Source of the DNA: Hyphomicrobiales bacterium
GTDB lineage: Bacteria; Pseudomonadota; Alphaproteobacteria; Rhizobiales; Aestuariivirgaceae
Assembly (NCBI GenBank): GCA_026996935.1
Contig: JALWJW010000446.1
Coordinates: 1-31,186 of the forward strand
Length of the DNA stretch: 31,186 bases
Direction: 5' to 3'
The notes beneath the pieces were generated by a model. That model was not told where the DNA came from. It searched no databases and saw only the letters and a list, made by a program, of their open reading frames with translations. A program made the position numbers and the translations under genes. Positions 19,912 through 28,338 of this stretch are shown here, piece after piece. The stretch's first letter is position 1; each line of letters begins with the position of its first letter.

Positions 19912-20564
19912 TGGGGAAAGCGAATTTGAAAACAATTGATTTAACCACCTGGTCGCGGCGTTCGCATTATGAGCATTTCCGAAAAGTGGCCAGCCCACAT
20001 TTTAGCCTGTGTGCGCAGGTGAATGTAACCCCGTTAATGAGCGTGTTAAAGCCGGCTGGCTTGTCGGTTTACAATGGCGCGCTTTATGCGATTATGCGTG
20101 CGGCCAATGACGTGCCTGAATTTCGAACGCGCTTTGTTGGCGATGGCGTTGTGGAACATGACATTGTGCATGCCTCAACAACAGTGCCTATTGATGATGA
20201 TCGGTTTGGGTTTTGTGATATTCGTTACACGGGTAATTTTGCAGCGTTTAATGGGCGCTGTGAGCAAGAGATTTTAAAAGTCAAAGCAAGTGATGGTTTG
20301 GTTGATGAGGTTGCCCATGAGAGCAATTGGATTTATTTATCCTGCCTGCCCTGGCTCAATTTCACCCAAATGACCAATGCGCTTGATGGGCCAGATGATT
20401 GTATTCCGCGTATTGTCTGGGGCAAAATTACCAAAACTCATGGTTCCTGGTTTATGCCGGTGAGCGTTGAAGTTCATCACGCTTTAATTGATGGGGTGCA
20501 TGTGGCGCGGTTTTATCAAAATATTGAAAAAGTGCTTGGTGATGTGAAAGCTTTTTTGAGTTAG
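19911..20564 (+). CDS. Type A chloramphenicol acetyltransferase-like (CatA family) O-acetyltransferase
   Basis: WSRRSHYEHF, YLSCLPWLNFT, PRIVWGK and catalytic VHHALIDGVH. 217 aa, typical CAT length. Confidence 0.88.
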   Translation: MGKANLKTIDLTTWSRRSHYEHFRKVASPHFSLCAQVNVTPLMSVLKPAGLSVYNGALYAIMRAANDVPEFRTRFVGDGVVEHDIVHASTTVPIDDDRFGFCDIRYTGNFAAFNGRCEQEILKVKASDGLVDEVAHESNWIYLSCLPWLNFTQMTNALDGPDDCIPRIVWGKITKTHGSWFMPVSVEVHHALIDGVHVARFYQNIEKVLGDVKAFLS

Positions 20565-20565
20565 T

Positions 20566-20608
20566 CGTTGCGCCCTGAATGTGGCAAAGCATAGAGCAAG
20601 GCGCAACG
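20566..20608. terminator. Hairpin between convergent genes, probable terminator
   Basis: CGTTGCGCC (20566-20574) and GGCGCAACG (20600-20608) form a perfect 9-bp inverted repeat. U-tails are weak. Confidence 0.5.
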
Positions 20609-20614
20609 GGTTGT

Positions 20615-21751
20615 TTATCGGCTTAAGATCGAACGAATCTCAACGAGATTTGAGCGTACACGCAGGACATAAAACCCCATGGTGGTAACATGGGTAGGCA
20701 TAAGCCAGCCGTCTTCTTTACCGTTAGAAATAATCATCGGGTTAAGTTCCAAGGCCGATTTTATCTGACTTTCCATATTGTTCCAGACATCGGTAAGGTT
20801 ACGTTTTTCGATGATTTCGTGGAAGTCGGCACGTGCTGCACGCAAAATGCCGTAATAACCATAAAGCTGGCCTTTTGCAAACATGAATTGATTGTCGGCA
20901 TAAAAGTCAAACCAGCCCGCATTTGAGGCTTCGGAACGGCGTTTAATGGCGGCAGATGTTGAGCCGATATCTTTAGCAATACGATCAACAAATGTGCGTA
21001 AATTATCGGCGCGGGCATCAAAAGTTGCCTGGCATTTTACCAGACTGTTATTAAAGCCTTTGAGTTGTTTAATGGCGCTGCGGTAATATGTTGGGGTTTT
21101 TGTGGTCGGGCCGAAGGGGCGTTTACTGTCAAAGGGGTTGAAGTACCAGGTGAATTCATCAAACTGTAGGGCGCTGCGGGCGCTTTGTAAGTCTTTATTA
21201 ACTTCTGAGGTGCCGCGAATACGACCCAAAGTATCGGTCAGTTCAACGGCGGTGCGTTGCACAGCCTGATGAACACCACGCTGGAATGAGGCGGTGTTGT
21301 CAAACCATGGGGTGCCATCCCAGCTAAAGCCAAAAAATCCGGCTTTGTAGGTGGGCATGGAAGAAATCCATGAGTTTTGATTTACTGAAAAGTCAACAAG
21401 CTCTGCGGTGACATCAACAATGGCGGAACGGCCACAGGTTTTGGTGGTTTGTGAACCACCTTCGATCGAAACCTGCTCACCTGCGGTGTAATTCAAACCA
21501 GAGTATTTGTACTTATTGATGTAGGCAATGTCGTAGCCGCGAATCCATAAAGCGTGCCAAAAGAACCAGCCATAAACAAAAACTATGGGGATAAAGATCA
21601 GCAATAAAAGCCCTTTGATAATCCAACCAGAGGTTTTGTAGGTGGTGTAAAGCCATACAAATGGCGCGCCAAGCCAGCGCAATGCGCCTTTGATGGTTGC
21701 CATGAAAAGGGCGAAAATTTTATTGATCCACTCAAAAATAGGGTCGAGCAA
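20615..21751 (-). CDS. DUF2333-like membrane-anchored protein
   Basis: TTG start with GGAGGA 7 nt upstream. Amphipathic N-terminus, one TM (about residues 44-65), then a soluble domain with WFDNTASFQRG and ADNQF motifs that I associate with DUF2333 from memory. Confidence 0.75.
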   Translation of the reverse strand: MLDPIFEWINKIFALFMATIKGALRWLGAPFVWLYTTYKTSGWIIKGLLLLIFIPIVFVYGWFFWHALWIRGYDIAYINKYKYSGLNYTAGEQVSIEGGSQTTKTCGRSAIVDVTAELVDFSVNQNSWISSMPTYKAGFFGFSWDGTPWFDNTASFQRGVHQAVQRTAVELTDTLGRIRGTSEVNKDLQSARSALQFDEFTWYFNPFDSKRPFGPTTKTPTYYRSAIKQLKGFNNSLVKCQATFDARADNLRTFVDRIAKDIGSTSAAIKRRSEASNAGWFDFYADNQFMFAKGQLYGYYGILRAARADFHEIIEKRNLTDVWNNMESQIKSALELNPMIISNGKEDGWLMPTHVTTMGFYVLRVRSNLVEIRSILSR

Positions 21752-21754
21752 TGA

Positions 21755-23059
21755 TTAGTCCTCCGGTCGTGAAAATAAAGTTTCCCAATATTGTTTTCGG
21801 TAAGGGAAATATTGGTCGGTTATTTTATGTACGACATAATTGCGCAAATTGTTATTATAATGGTTGTAGTCATTGTAAAAGCGTTGCTTATTTACTGCAA
21901 ACTTTGTGAAAAAATCAAAATCAGCAAATTGCGATAATAACCGTGCCACCAAAACGCGGTCCTGATGATCGGGATTGGCCCGTACTATCATTAACTTAAG
22001 TGCTGCAGTGACGTTTTTCAAGTTTGGTACAACATCATTGAGCAAGCTCTTTTGTATTCGGGTGAGGAATGAGAATACACCGCTTTTGGATAATTCATCA
22101 ATATTGTTGTGAATCCAATTGGTGACCTGATTATCGCTGAGGCTTTGCAAGTCGGTTGTTTCGTCTAATTTGTTCATCGTAGAGCGGACATAGATTTCCT
22201 GGCGCAGATCAATAAGGCCTGAAGATTTAAGCCAGTCAGGTTCAAAGCCAGAGATACGGCCTGTATCAATGAGAAACTGATAAACCCCTTTTGTGTCCTG
22301 GCGATGGATATAAGTGAAATCGAACATGGCATTTTGTAAAAATGACGGGTTGGGCTCATCTCCAATAACAGTGATTTGCCCACCATTTGACCCGTCATTG
22401 TCGCGGAAAACATAAAGACCGTCAAAGTGGCTGGTCCAAAATGATGGTAGTTCAAATTTGGTATTGCGCGGGATGATGTTGTTATATCGAATGTCGCCGA
22501 CAAGCTTTCCATATTCAAGAATTTTGTTCATCAAAAACCGGTCTTGCCATGAATCTTTTTCGGTAAAAAAGCGATTGAGTAAGGTTTTTAATTTGCGTGC
22601 TTTAGTAAATAAATCGCCGCCTGTGCGGAATTTAAATTCCACTTCTTTGATAGATAAAATATCATCGATGGAGCCGATGTGAAAAGTCGAATTTTCAATC
22701 TCGCCAAACACCACATCTTTCAAGGTGAGGATGCGCAGGCTTTCGGCATTTTTTTGGTACATGGCCATCATCAAGTCATAGGTTGATGAAAATTTGGCGT
22801 AAACGCTGGGTAGGGATTCTTGCTCAGGTGTCAAAATGATAAAGCGTCGGTTAATGCCTTGAGGGTTCAGATAGTCCTCATTTTCAAGCTCTTTTGCTAT
22901 TTCAGGTGAATAGCCTGTTGCATCGATGGTGAAGGTGTCTAATTTGGTTGGCGGCAGGCCAAAACCTTTCAGCGCTGTATTATAGCGTGCGATCATGTGA
23001 GATTCATTAACCTCGTGCATGGCGCCATAAATCAGATCATTGTCAATTAACAGGTCCAT
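21755..23059 (-). CDS. Uncharacterised soluble protein (DUF6638-like, from memory)
   Basis: 434-aa ORF with no TM. Its ATG overlaps the upstream stop (TAATG at 23057-23061). Confidence 0.8.
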   Translation of the reverse strand: MDLLIDNDLIYGAMHEVNESHMIARYNTALKGFGLPPTKLDTFTIDATGYSPEIAKELENEDYLNPQGINRRFIILTPEQESLPSVYAKFSSTYDLMMAMYQKNAESLRILTLKDVVFGEIENSTFHIGSIDDILSIKEVEFKFRTGGDLFTKARKLKTLLNRFFTEKDSWQDRFLMNKILEYGKLVGDIRYNNIIPRNTKFELPSFWTSHFDGLYVFRDNDGSNGGQITVIGDEPNPSFLQNAMFDFTYIHRQDTKGVYQFLIDTGRISGFEPDWLKSSGLIDLRQEIYVRSTMNKLDETTDLQSLSDNQVTNWIHNNIDELSKSGVFSFLTRIQKSLLNDVVPNLKNVTAALKLMIVRANPDHQDRVLVARLLSQFADFDFFTKFAVNKQRFYNDYNHYNNNLRNYVVHKITDQYFPYRKQYWETLFSRPED

Positions 23060-24972
23060 TAGTCGTTCCAGTGCCCACTTTGTTTAAGTTCGGCAATTTC
23101 TGCGGCGGCGCGTTCTCTCACGCGTTGGTCGCGGATATAGTTTTCAACCGCTGCCGCATCAGATTTATCAGTGTAACGGAATTCTGAATCTGCATAACGG
23201 TTGACTTCTTGTTGAATGGTTTCAAGGGTGATTGGCTTGCGCAAAGAGGCGATCATATCGCGTTTTTCATCATAAGATTTATGCATAAACGGTTCGGGTG
23301 TTTCAAACCATTCATCTGGTAGCTCAATATCCATGGCGCGCATTTTAACCGCATCGGTGATGTTTTTAATGGCCCGCCCGGTAAAGCGTGGTTCGGCTTG
23401 TTTAATGTCGTAAAGATAAAGGCCAATGTCTTTTAATGTTTTTAGTTCGCCATGGGCCTGTCCAAATCTTTCAAACACTCTCAACAAGGCTTCTTCTTGC
23501 GGTTTGGAATGTTTTTCATAGGCTGTGGCAACGGCTTTTTTGATTTCTTGAGCGGCAAACATATCGTGATCGCCAAGAGGGATTGAATGATTTTTACCCA
23601 GTAACAGGGCAAAAATATCGATGTAGTCATCTTGGGTTTGCGGGCCATCGACCAACCAGCGGGCGCTGGCGCGCTGGCGTAGGGCATCGTCAACATTTTC
23701 AGGATAGTTTGAGAACATACCAAATGAACAATTGCCACGAATAACAGTGTTGGCGCCAGAAAACCCTTCCATTAAAACTGCAGTGATTTCTTGTTGACCA
23801 GCCGAAGCACGATCATCTGAACGCTTGGCGGCAATCTGGTCAATATCATCAACCGTGCCAAAGCCAATAACCTTTGGGTCAAGCACATTGGTGATGAATT
23901 GCTTACAGTTTTGACCAGATTTGCCTTGATAGGAACTAATTTGATCGACACCAAAGTTTTCATAATGAAATGGATAATTGGCGACATCGCAATAATCTTT
24001 AATCAGGCCGGCGATCATTTGAATAAGGGTGGTTTTACCAGTGCCGGGAAAGCCGTCACCAATGAAGGTAAACAGGAAGCCGCCAAGATCAACAAACGGG
24101 TTGAGTTGTTTGTCAAAATCATAGGCCATGAGCATTTTAGCTAATTTTGTTGCCTGATATTTGGCAATGTGGTTGCCGACAACTTCATTGGGTTTTTTGA
24201 AATTCATTACCAATTTTTTGCGCTTACCACGGTCGCGAATGTCAAATCCGTTGAGTTCAAAATCATCGGCATCAAGACGGATGTGGTTTTGCTCAAAGCT
24301 GTCAAGCACATTAAAGCGGGCGCGGCGTTGGGCCAACCCTTCCAGCATGGCGCGGGCAAAACCTTTGGCGCGGGCCATCATCTGGGCATCATCGGGTGCA
24401 TCGGAAATGGCCTGATCTATGCCATATAAAAAGTGCTTTAAGGCCTCATGTGGGGTTTCAAATGAGAAGACAGGTTCTGGCAAGTCACTTGTCGGGTCAT
24501 CGCTTGTGTCGATCGTTTGGACAATGAATGATGCTGCGGTAAAGGCGGTGACGAAACTGGCTGCTGCCAACAAGTTATGAAATTGTCTGGCATTTTCACC
24601 ACTTAATGGCGTGCTTTTATTTTCAACACTCAGGCTTTCCAGATTGGTTTGGCGGGCAAAAACATCTTTTACTGCAAGGGCAACAGCAAGGCCGCGTCGC
24701 AGGCGGAATAATAAAGTGTGTTGGGCAATGGATAACATGCCATCGGTTGGGGCAATGTTTTGAATTGTTTCAGCTATTTTGACATTTAAACTTGACTGGG
24801 AAGGCTTTGCTGCAATGGTTGAAACAAACCGGCGGTGGGTACCAGCCAGTTCCGTCTTTGATTTTGAACTATCAGATTTAATAACAACAGTTGCCCGTTC
24901 GACCAAAGACTGGGCCGTGGTCAGGTGTTTAAGAATATCTTTTTCTGCCAGTGTTGTTAGTCCGGTGTCCAT
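23059..24972 (-). CDS. Classical-clade AAA ATPase with a long N-terminal domain
   Basis: Walker A GFPGTGKT (24031-24054), pore loop SSYQGKS, Walker B GFGTVDDID, and sensor-1/SRH FSNYPENVDDALRQR. Confidence 0.9.
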   Translation of the reverse strand: MDTGLTTLAEKDILKHLTTAQSLVERATVVIKSDSSKSKTELAGTHRRFVSTIAAKPSQSSLNVKIAETIQNIAPTDGMLSIAQHTLLFRLRRGLAVALAVKDVFARQTNLESLSVENKSTPLSGENARQFHNLLAAASFVTAFTAASFIVQTIDTSDDPTSDLPEPVFSFETPHEALKHFLYGIDQAISDAPDDAQMMARAKGFARAMLEGLAQRRARFNVLDSFEQNHIRLDADDFELNGFDIRDRGKRKKLVMNFKKPNEVVGNHIAKYQATKLAKMLMAYDFDKQLNPFVDLGGFLFTFIGDGFPGTGKTTLIQMIAGLIKDYCDVANYPFHYENFGVDQISSYQGKSGQNCKQFITNVLDPKVIGFGTVDDIDQIAAKRSDDRASAGQQEITAVLMEGFSGANTVIRGNCSFGMFSNYPENVDDALRQRASARWLVDGPQTQDDYIDIFALLLGKNHSIPLGDHDMFAAQEIKKAVATAYEKHSKPQEEALLRVFERFGQAHGELKTLKDIGLYLYDIKQAEPRFTGRAIKNITDAVKMRAMDIELPDEWFETPEPFMHKSYDEKRDMIASLRKPITLETIQQEVNRYADSEFRYTDKSDAAAVENYIRDQRVRERAAAEIAELKQSGHWND

Positions 24973-25007
24973 CGTAAAACCTTTTGTTTTATTGCTTTAA
25001 CAGGGTG

Positions 25008-26165
25008 CTAAACGTGTCTGATGATGTGATCGTCTGAAGCGACGTAAATCTGGTAGCCATCAAAAATTTCATCTGCTTTGCCGCTGGCGTAGGTTTTCTG
25101 ATAGGCTTCGTGGGGTAACAGGGCGTGCTTTTCCTGAGAACTCACGCCATTTTTTGCACACTCAATATCATCGGTATTGATGTGGTAAATCTCTTTTGGG
25201 ACGGCACGGCCCCAAAGGCCGTGTTTGGTTGAAATTTCGTCTTTTGAAAACAGCTCTTGCAGGGTCCAATTTAACAACCAACTGTCATCAGGGTCTTTGA
25301 CGCGATCAAGAATGGTTTGAACATGCTGATTTTGCCGGGTGATGCCGCCCAAGTAAAGTGGCCCTAAAACAAAGCGCCTTAGCTGTTTGGGATGTAGTGT
25401 TTCAAAATCTTTGTCCATTGCGGTGGCGATGGATGTTAAAGTGAGGCTGTATAGGGAATTGGCTTTGGTAAAGGCTCTGAACTGTCCAGATAACTCAGTG
25501 TTTGGCAAGCCTACTCCCAGCATTGTATCGCCGCCAACATCACCCCAAGGGCCTGATTTCTTTGGCACAGGTTTAGGGGCGTTTTTTGATGAATCCTCAA
25601 TGACGGCCATATAAACGATAGGTAAGTTTTGTGTGCCGTCATATGTTGCCCAATGGACCACATAATAAGGTCTTTTTGAGCGTGGATTATAAGAGTGCTT
25701 TACCGTTTCAGGTTGCGTGAAAGGTTTGAAGGTCGGGCCCTTTTCAAGGGCATTGTAATAGAGACGCTCGCCCATGGTTTTTTGTAGGGTATCGGGGAAC
25801 TGACGGTATTTTAACATCAGTTCGGCCATTTCGTTTTTTATCTGGGTTGGGTCCGGCAGGTTTTCCAGCATGTCAGCAATCTGTCGGCGGTCATTTTCCA
25901 ACTGCAAGACATTCTGGAAGGTGGGCATGCCGGAATCTTCCAGATCAATTTTGAATTTATCAAGAAACCAGATGCTTTTTTTCCAGCACTCAAAAGACCA
26001 ACGCAATTTGCCCAGATGCAAATTGACCACATCATAGATCAGGTTGTGATTTTTGACCCAGATGCCTTCGGTTTCAAAAATACGATCAAGGGAATCAAAA
26101 GCTGAATCCACTGCCTGAAAGTATTTTCGGGTTGCGCTAAGCTGGCCAGAATTTGAGGTTGTCAT
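25008..26165 (-). CDS. Uncharacterised soluble protein
   Basis: 385-aa ORF flanked by 15- and 35-nt gaps inside the operon. No TM and no motif I recognise. Confidence 0.8.
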   Translation of the reverse strand: MTTSNSGQLSATRKYFQAVDSAFDSLDRIFETEGIWVKNHNLIYDVVNLHLGKLRWSFECWKKSIWFLDKFKIDLEDSGMPTFQNVLQLENDRRQIADMLENLPDPTQIKNEMAELMLKYRQFPDTLQKTMGERLYYNALEKGPTFKPFTQPETVKHSYNPRSKRPYYVVHWATYDGTQNLPIVYMAVIEDSSKNAPKPVPKKSGPWGDVGGDTMLGVGLPNTELSGQFRAFTKANSLYSLTLTSIATAMDKDFETLHPKQLRRFVLGPLYLGGITRQNQHVQTILDRVKDPDDSWLLNWTLQELFSKDEISTKHGLWGRAVPKEIYHINTDDIECAKNGVSSQEKHALLPHEAYQKTYASGKADEIFDGYQIYVASDDHIIRHV

Positions 26166-26180
26166 GGATGAAAACCCAAA

Positions 26181-27266
26181 TTAGTTTGCGGTGTAATTTG
26201 ATGATTCGTGTTTTTCCAATACCTCAGAGAAACGGCGGGCAAAGGCATCATCGGCTAATTGTTTGCGGCGTTGAATTTCGGCTGAATTGACCATATTTGA
26301 TTCATGCAATTCAAGCAGATCTGCAATATGACGCTGGGCTGCTGCCCCAATGCCGGCCATGGTTTCTTCAGCCGCGGTGTCAACCTTTGTTCCCAATGTG
26401 TTGATTTGGTGGGCAACATCTTGTTGAGCAGCCGTTTTAAGCGAATCTTCAAGAGATTTATAAAGAATAATCCGCTGTTCTGTATCAATAGACAGTTTGT
26501 TAATTAAGGTGTTTTGAGCTGCAATCTGATTGTTTAAGCTATCGACAAAGGTCTGGAACATTGAGGTGTAGCGCTCCAGAGTTTGTGAGCCTGCAAGCAG
26601 TTCTTGTTCTTTGGCCTGGGCCTGGTTGTATTCGGTCGCCAGTTCTGAGCGTTCAGATTCCAGTTTAGTGCGGTCTGCCTGATTGGTGGTTGCTGCCATT
26701 TTGTTTTCAATATCAAGCAACATCGGGTTGAGTTCTTCGATGCGTGCTTGTGTGGCTTTAAGCTGTTCGGTCACATCTTCGCGTTGACCAATAACAGACC
26801 TTAAGCTGTCTTCAGAATTTTTATAACGCTCGGTCAGGACATCTTTTTGTTCTTTTAAAATACCGACAATGGTATCTGACTTGGCTAGCAGGTCTTGTAA
26901 GTTTCCGGCCAATGATGTGGTGCGAACGCGATCATTGCGCATGGAGTTGGCTTTTTTCTTTGAAAACAGGCCAATGAGTTTTTCAGACAAAGAAAAAGTC
27001 TGCATGTTCTTAAATTCTGCTCCGAAACCTTCAGTGACATCTTCAAGGCCGATGATAAGATCAGCGATGTTTGATTCCATGACCTTTTGTTGGGCCAGAA
27101 CATCCTGGATGCGGGCATTTTCGATATCAAAATTGACATCTCCAAAACTGTCTGATTTGGCAACCTTTTCTAAAACTTCGCTGCTTTTATGAATCTTATC
27201 GCGCATTTCAACGACAAGGTTGCGGGTTTTCTCGATTTCCAAATCAAGTTGTTTTGTCTGTACCAT
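26181..27266 (-). CDS. Long coiled-coil protein (TelA/PspA-like architecture)
   Basis: 361 aa, heptad-rich E/Q/K/L/A composition, almost no Pro, no Cys or Trp, one amphipathic segment EKLIGLFSKKK. GGGAG upstream. Confidence 0.8.
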   Translation of the reverse strand: MVQTKQLDLEIEKTRNLVVEMRDKIHKSSEVLEKVAKSDSFGDVNFDIENARIQDVLAQQKVMESNIADLIIGLEDVTEGFGAEFKNMQTFSLSEKLIGLFSKKKANSMRNDRVRTTSLAGNLQDLLAKSDTIVGILKEQKDVLTERYKNSEDSLRSVIGQREDVTEQLKATQARIEELNPMLLDIENKMAATTNQADRTKLESERSELATEYNQAQAKEQELLAGSQTLERYTSMFQTFVDSLNNQIAAQNTLINKLSIDTEQRIILYKSLEDSLKTAAQQDVAHQINTLGTKVDTAAEETMAGIGAAAQRHIADLLELHESNMVNSAEIQRRKQLADDAFARRFSEVLEKHESSNYTAN

Positions 27267-27417
27267 ATGCTCGCATCTCCCGAATCTATTTGTAATTTAC
27301 TTTACGTTATATAGTAAATTTAGCTAGAACTTAAATAGGGAGTTTAAACAAGCGATGAATTTCTTGCAATAAATGCTGTCAAATTGCTGTTTTAGAGCGT
27401 GCAGGCATCATTTGAGC

Positions 27418-28338
27418 TTATTCGGCTGGCTCATTATAGTAATAATTAGCCTTCTTGCCATAAATCAAGCCGCGCAAAATTGAGCGAATCTTTTCTGATT
27501 TGCGTAAAGGATCAAGAACTATGCGTATGGCATCATGGGCAAAGACTTTTACCTGGTCAAAAACAGGTGAAGCACCTGGGGCTTTTTGGGGCCAACCGAA
27601 ATGGCGCATGGTGCCGTTCATCAAACGAATTTTGTTGAGGCGTTCCACTTTTGGGGTTTTCCATGTCATGGCCATAGAGACAGAGTACTCTCCGTTTACC
27701 TTAACCCAATGAGGATCAAGATAGGGGATATGAACGCCGTCACCCGGGTTTAATTCAAACACAGTGGCGCGTTGTTCAAAAGCTGTATCATAGGTTTGAT
27801 TGCGAAACTGCGAGGGGGAAATCTCCATACGTTGTTCGCTGACCAATGCGCGGTCTTCATTATCAAAAATATGAACTTCCTTGGATCCGCGAATTTGGAT
27901 CAGGATGTTTTCTTCTGCATCCACATGAAAGGGCGTGGTGGCATTGGCTGATGAAATGAAAATAAAACCTTCAAGGTCACGATATTTTTGTCCCTTTAAA
28001 CCGGCATTTTCAAAAAGACCGTCAACAAATTGTGTTAAAAGGACTTTGTATTCTTCAACTTCTTCAACTCGTTTTATAACCATCCAGGCATTGTGGTTCT
28101 CAATGCTGTTAATCACCTCTTGCGGTTTCATATTGAGCTTTGGAGTGGTTTCTGCGGTTTGACCAATTTCAAGGTCGCCTGAATTATATTCGATTTTATC
28201 ACGGGGCATTTTTGCCGCAAGTTCAACCAGCTTGGGCAGAGTAAAAAGAGGATTGTCGCTGAGACCATGTTTAATCTGGAAGGGTTTTTTGTGCAGGTTT
28301 TTTGATACTGTACTTTGATCCAGTTCGATAATATTCAT
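27418..28338 (-). CDS. JmjC/cupin-like Fe(II)/2-oxoglutarate oxygenase
   Basis: TPFHVDAEEN (HxD), QIRGSKEV, and GDGVHIPYLDPHWV (distal His). Start overlaps the upstream stop (ATGA). Confidence 0.85.
   Translation of the reverse strand: MNIIELDQSTVSKNLHKKPFQIKHGLSDNPLFTLPKLVELAAKMPRDKIEYNSGDLEIGQTAETTPKLNMKPQEVINSIENHNAWMVIKRVEEVEEYKVLLTQFVDGLFENAGLKGQKYRDLEGFIFISSANATTPFHVDAEENILIQIRGSKEVHIFDNEDRALVSEQRMEISPSQFRNQTYDTAFEQRATVFELNPGDGVHIPYLDPHWVKVNGEYSVSMAMTWKTPKVERLNKIRLMNGTMRHFGWPQKAPGASPVFDQVKVFAHDAIRIVLDPLRKSEKIRSILRGLIYGKKANYYYNEPAE

Noticed and set aside
27331-27347. TTAA...TTAA resembling a CtrA box
   Set aside because: Spacer is 9 nt, not 7. The similar case at 19858-19872 also fails.
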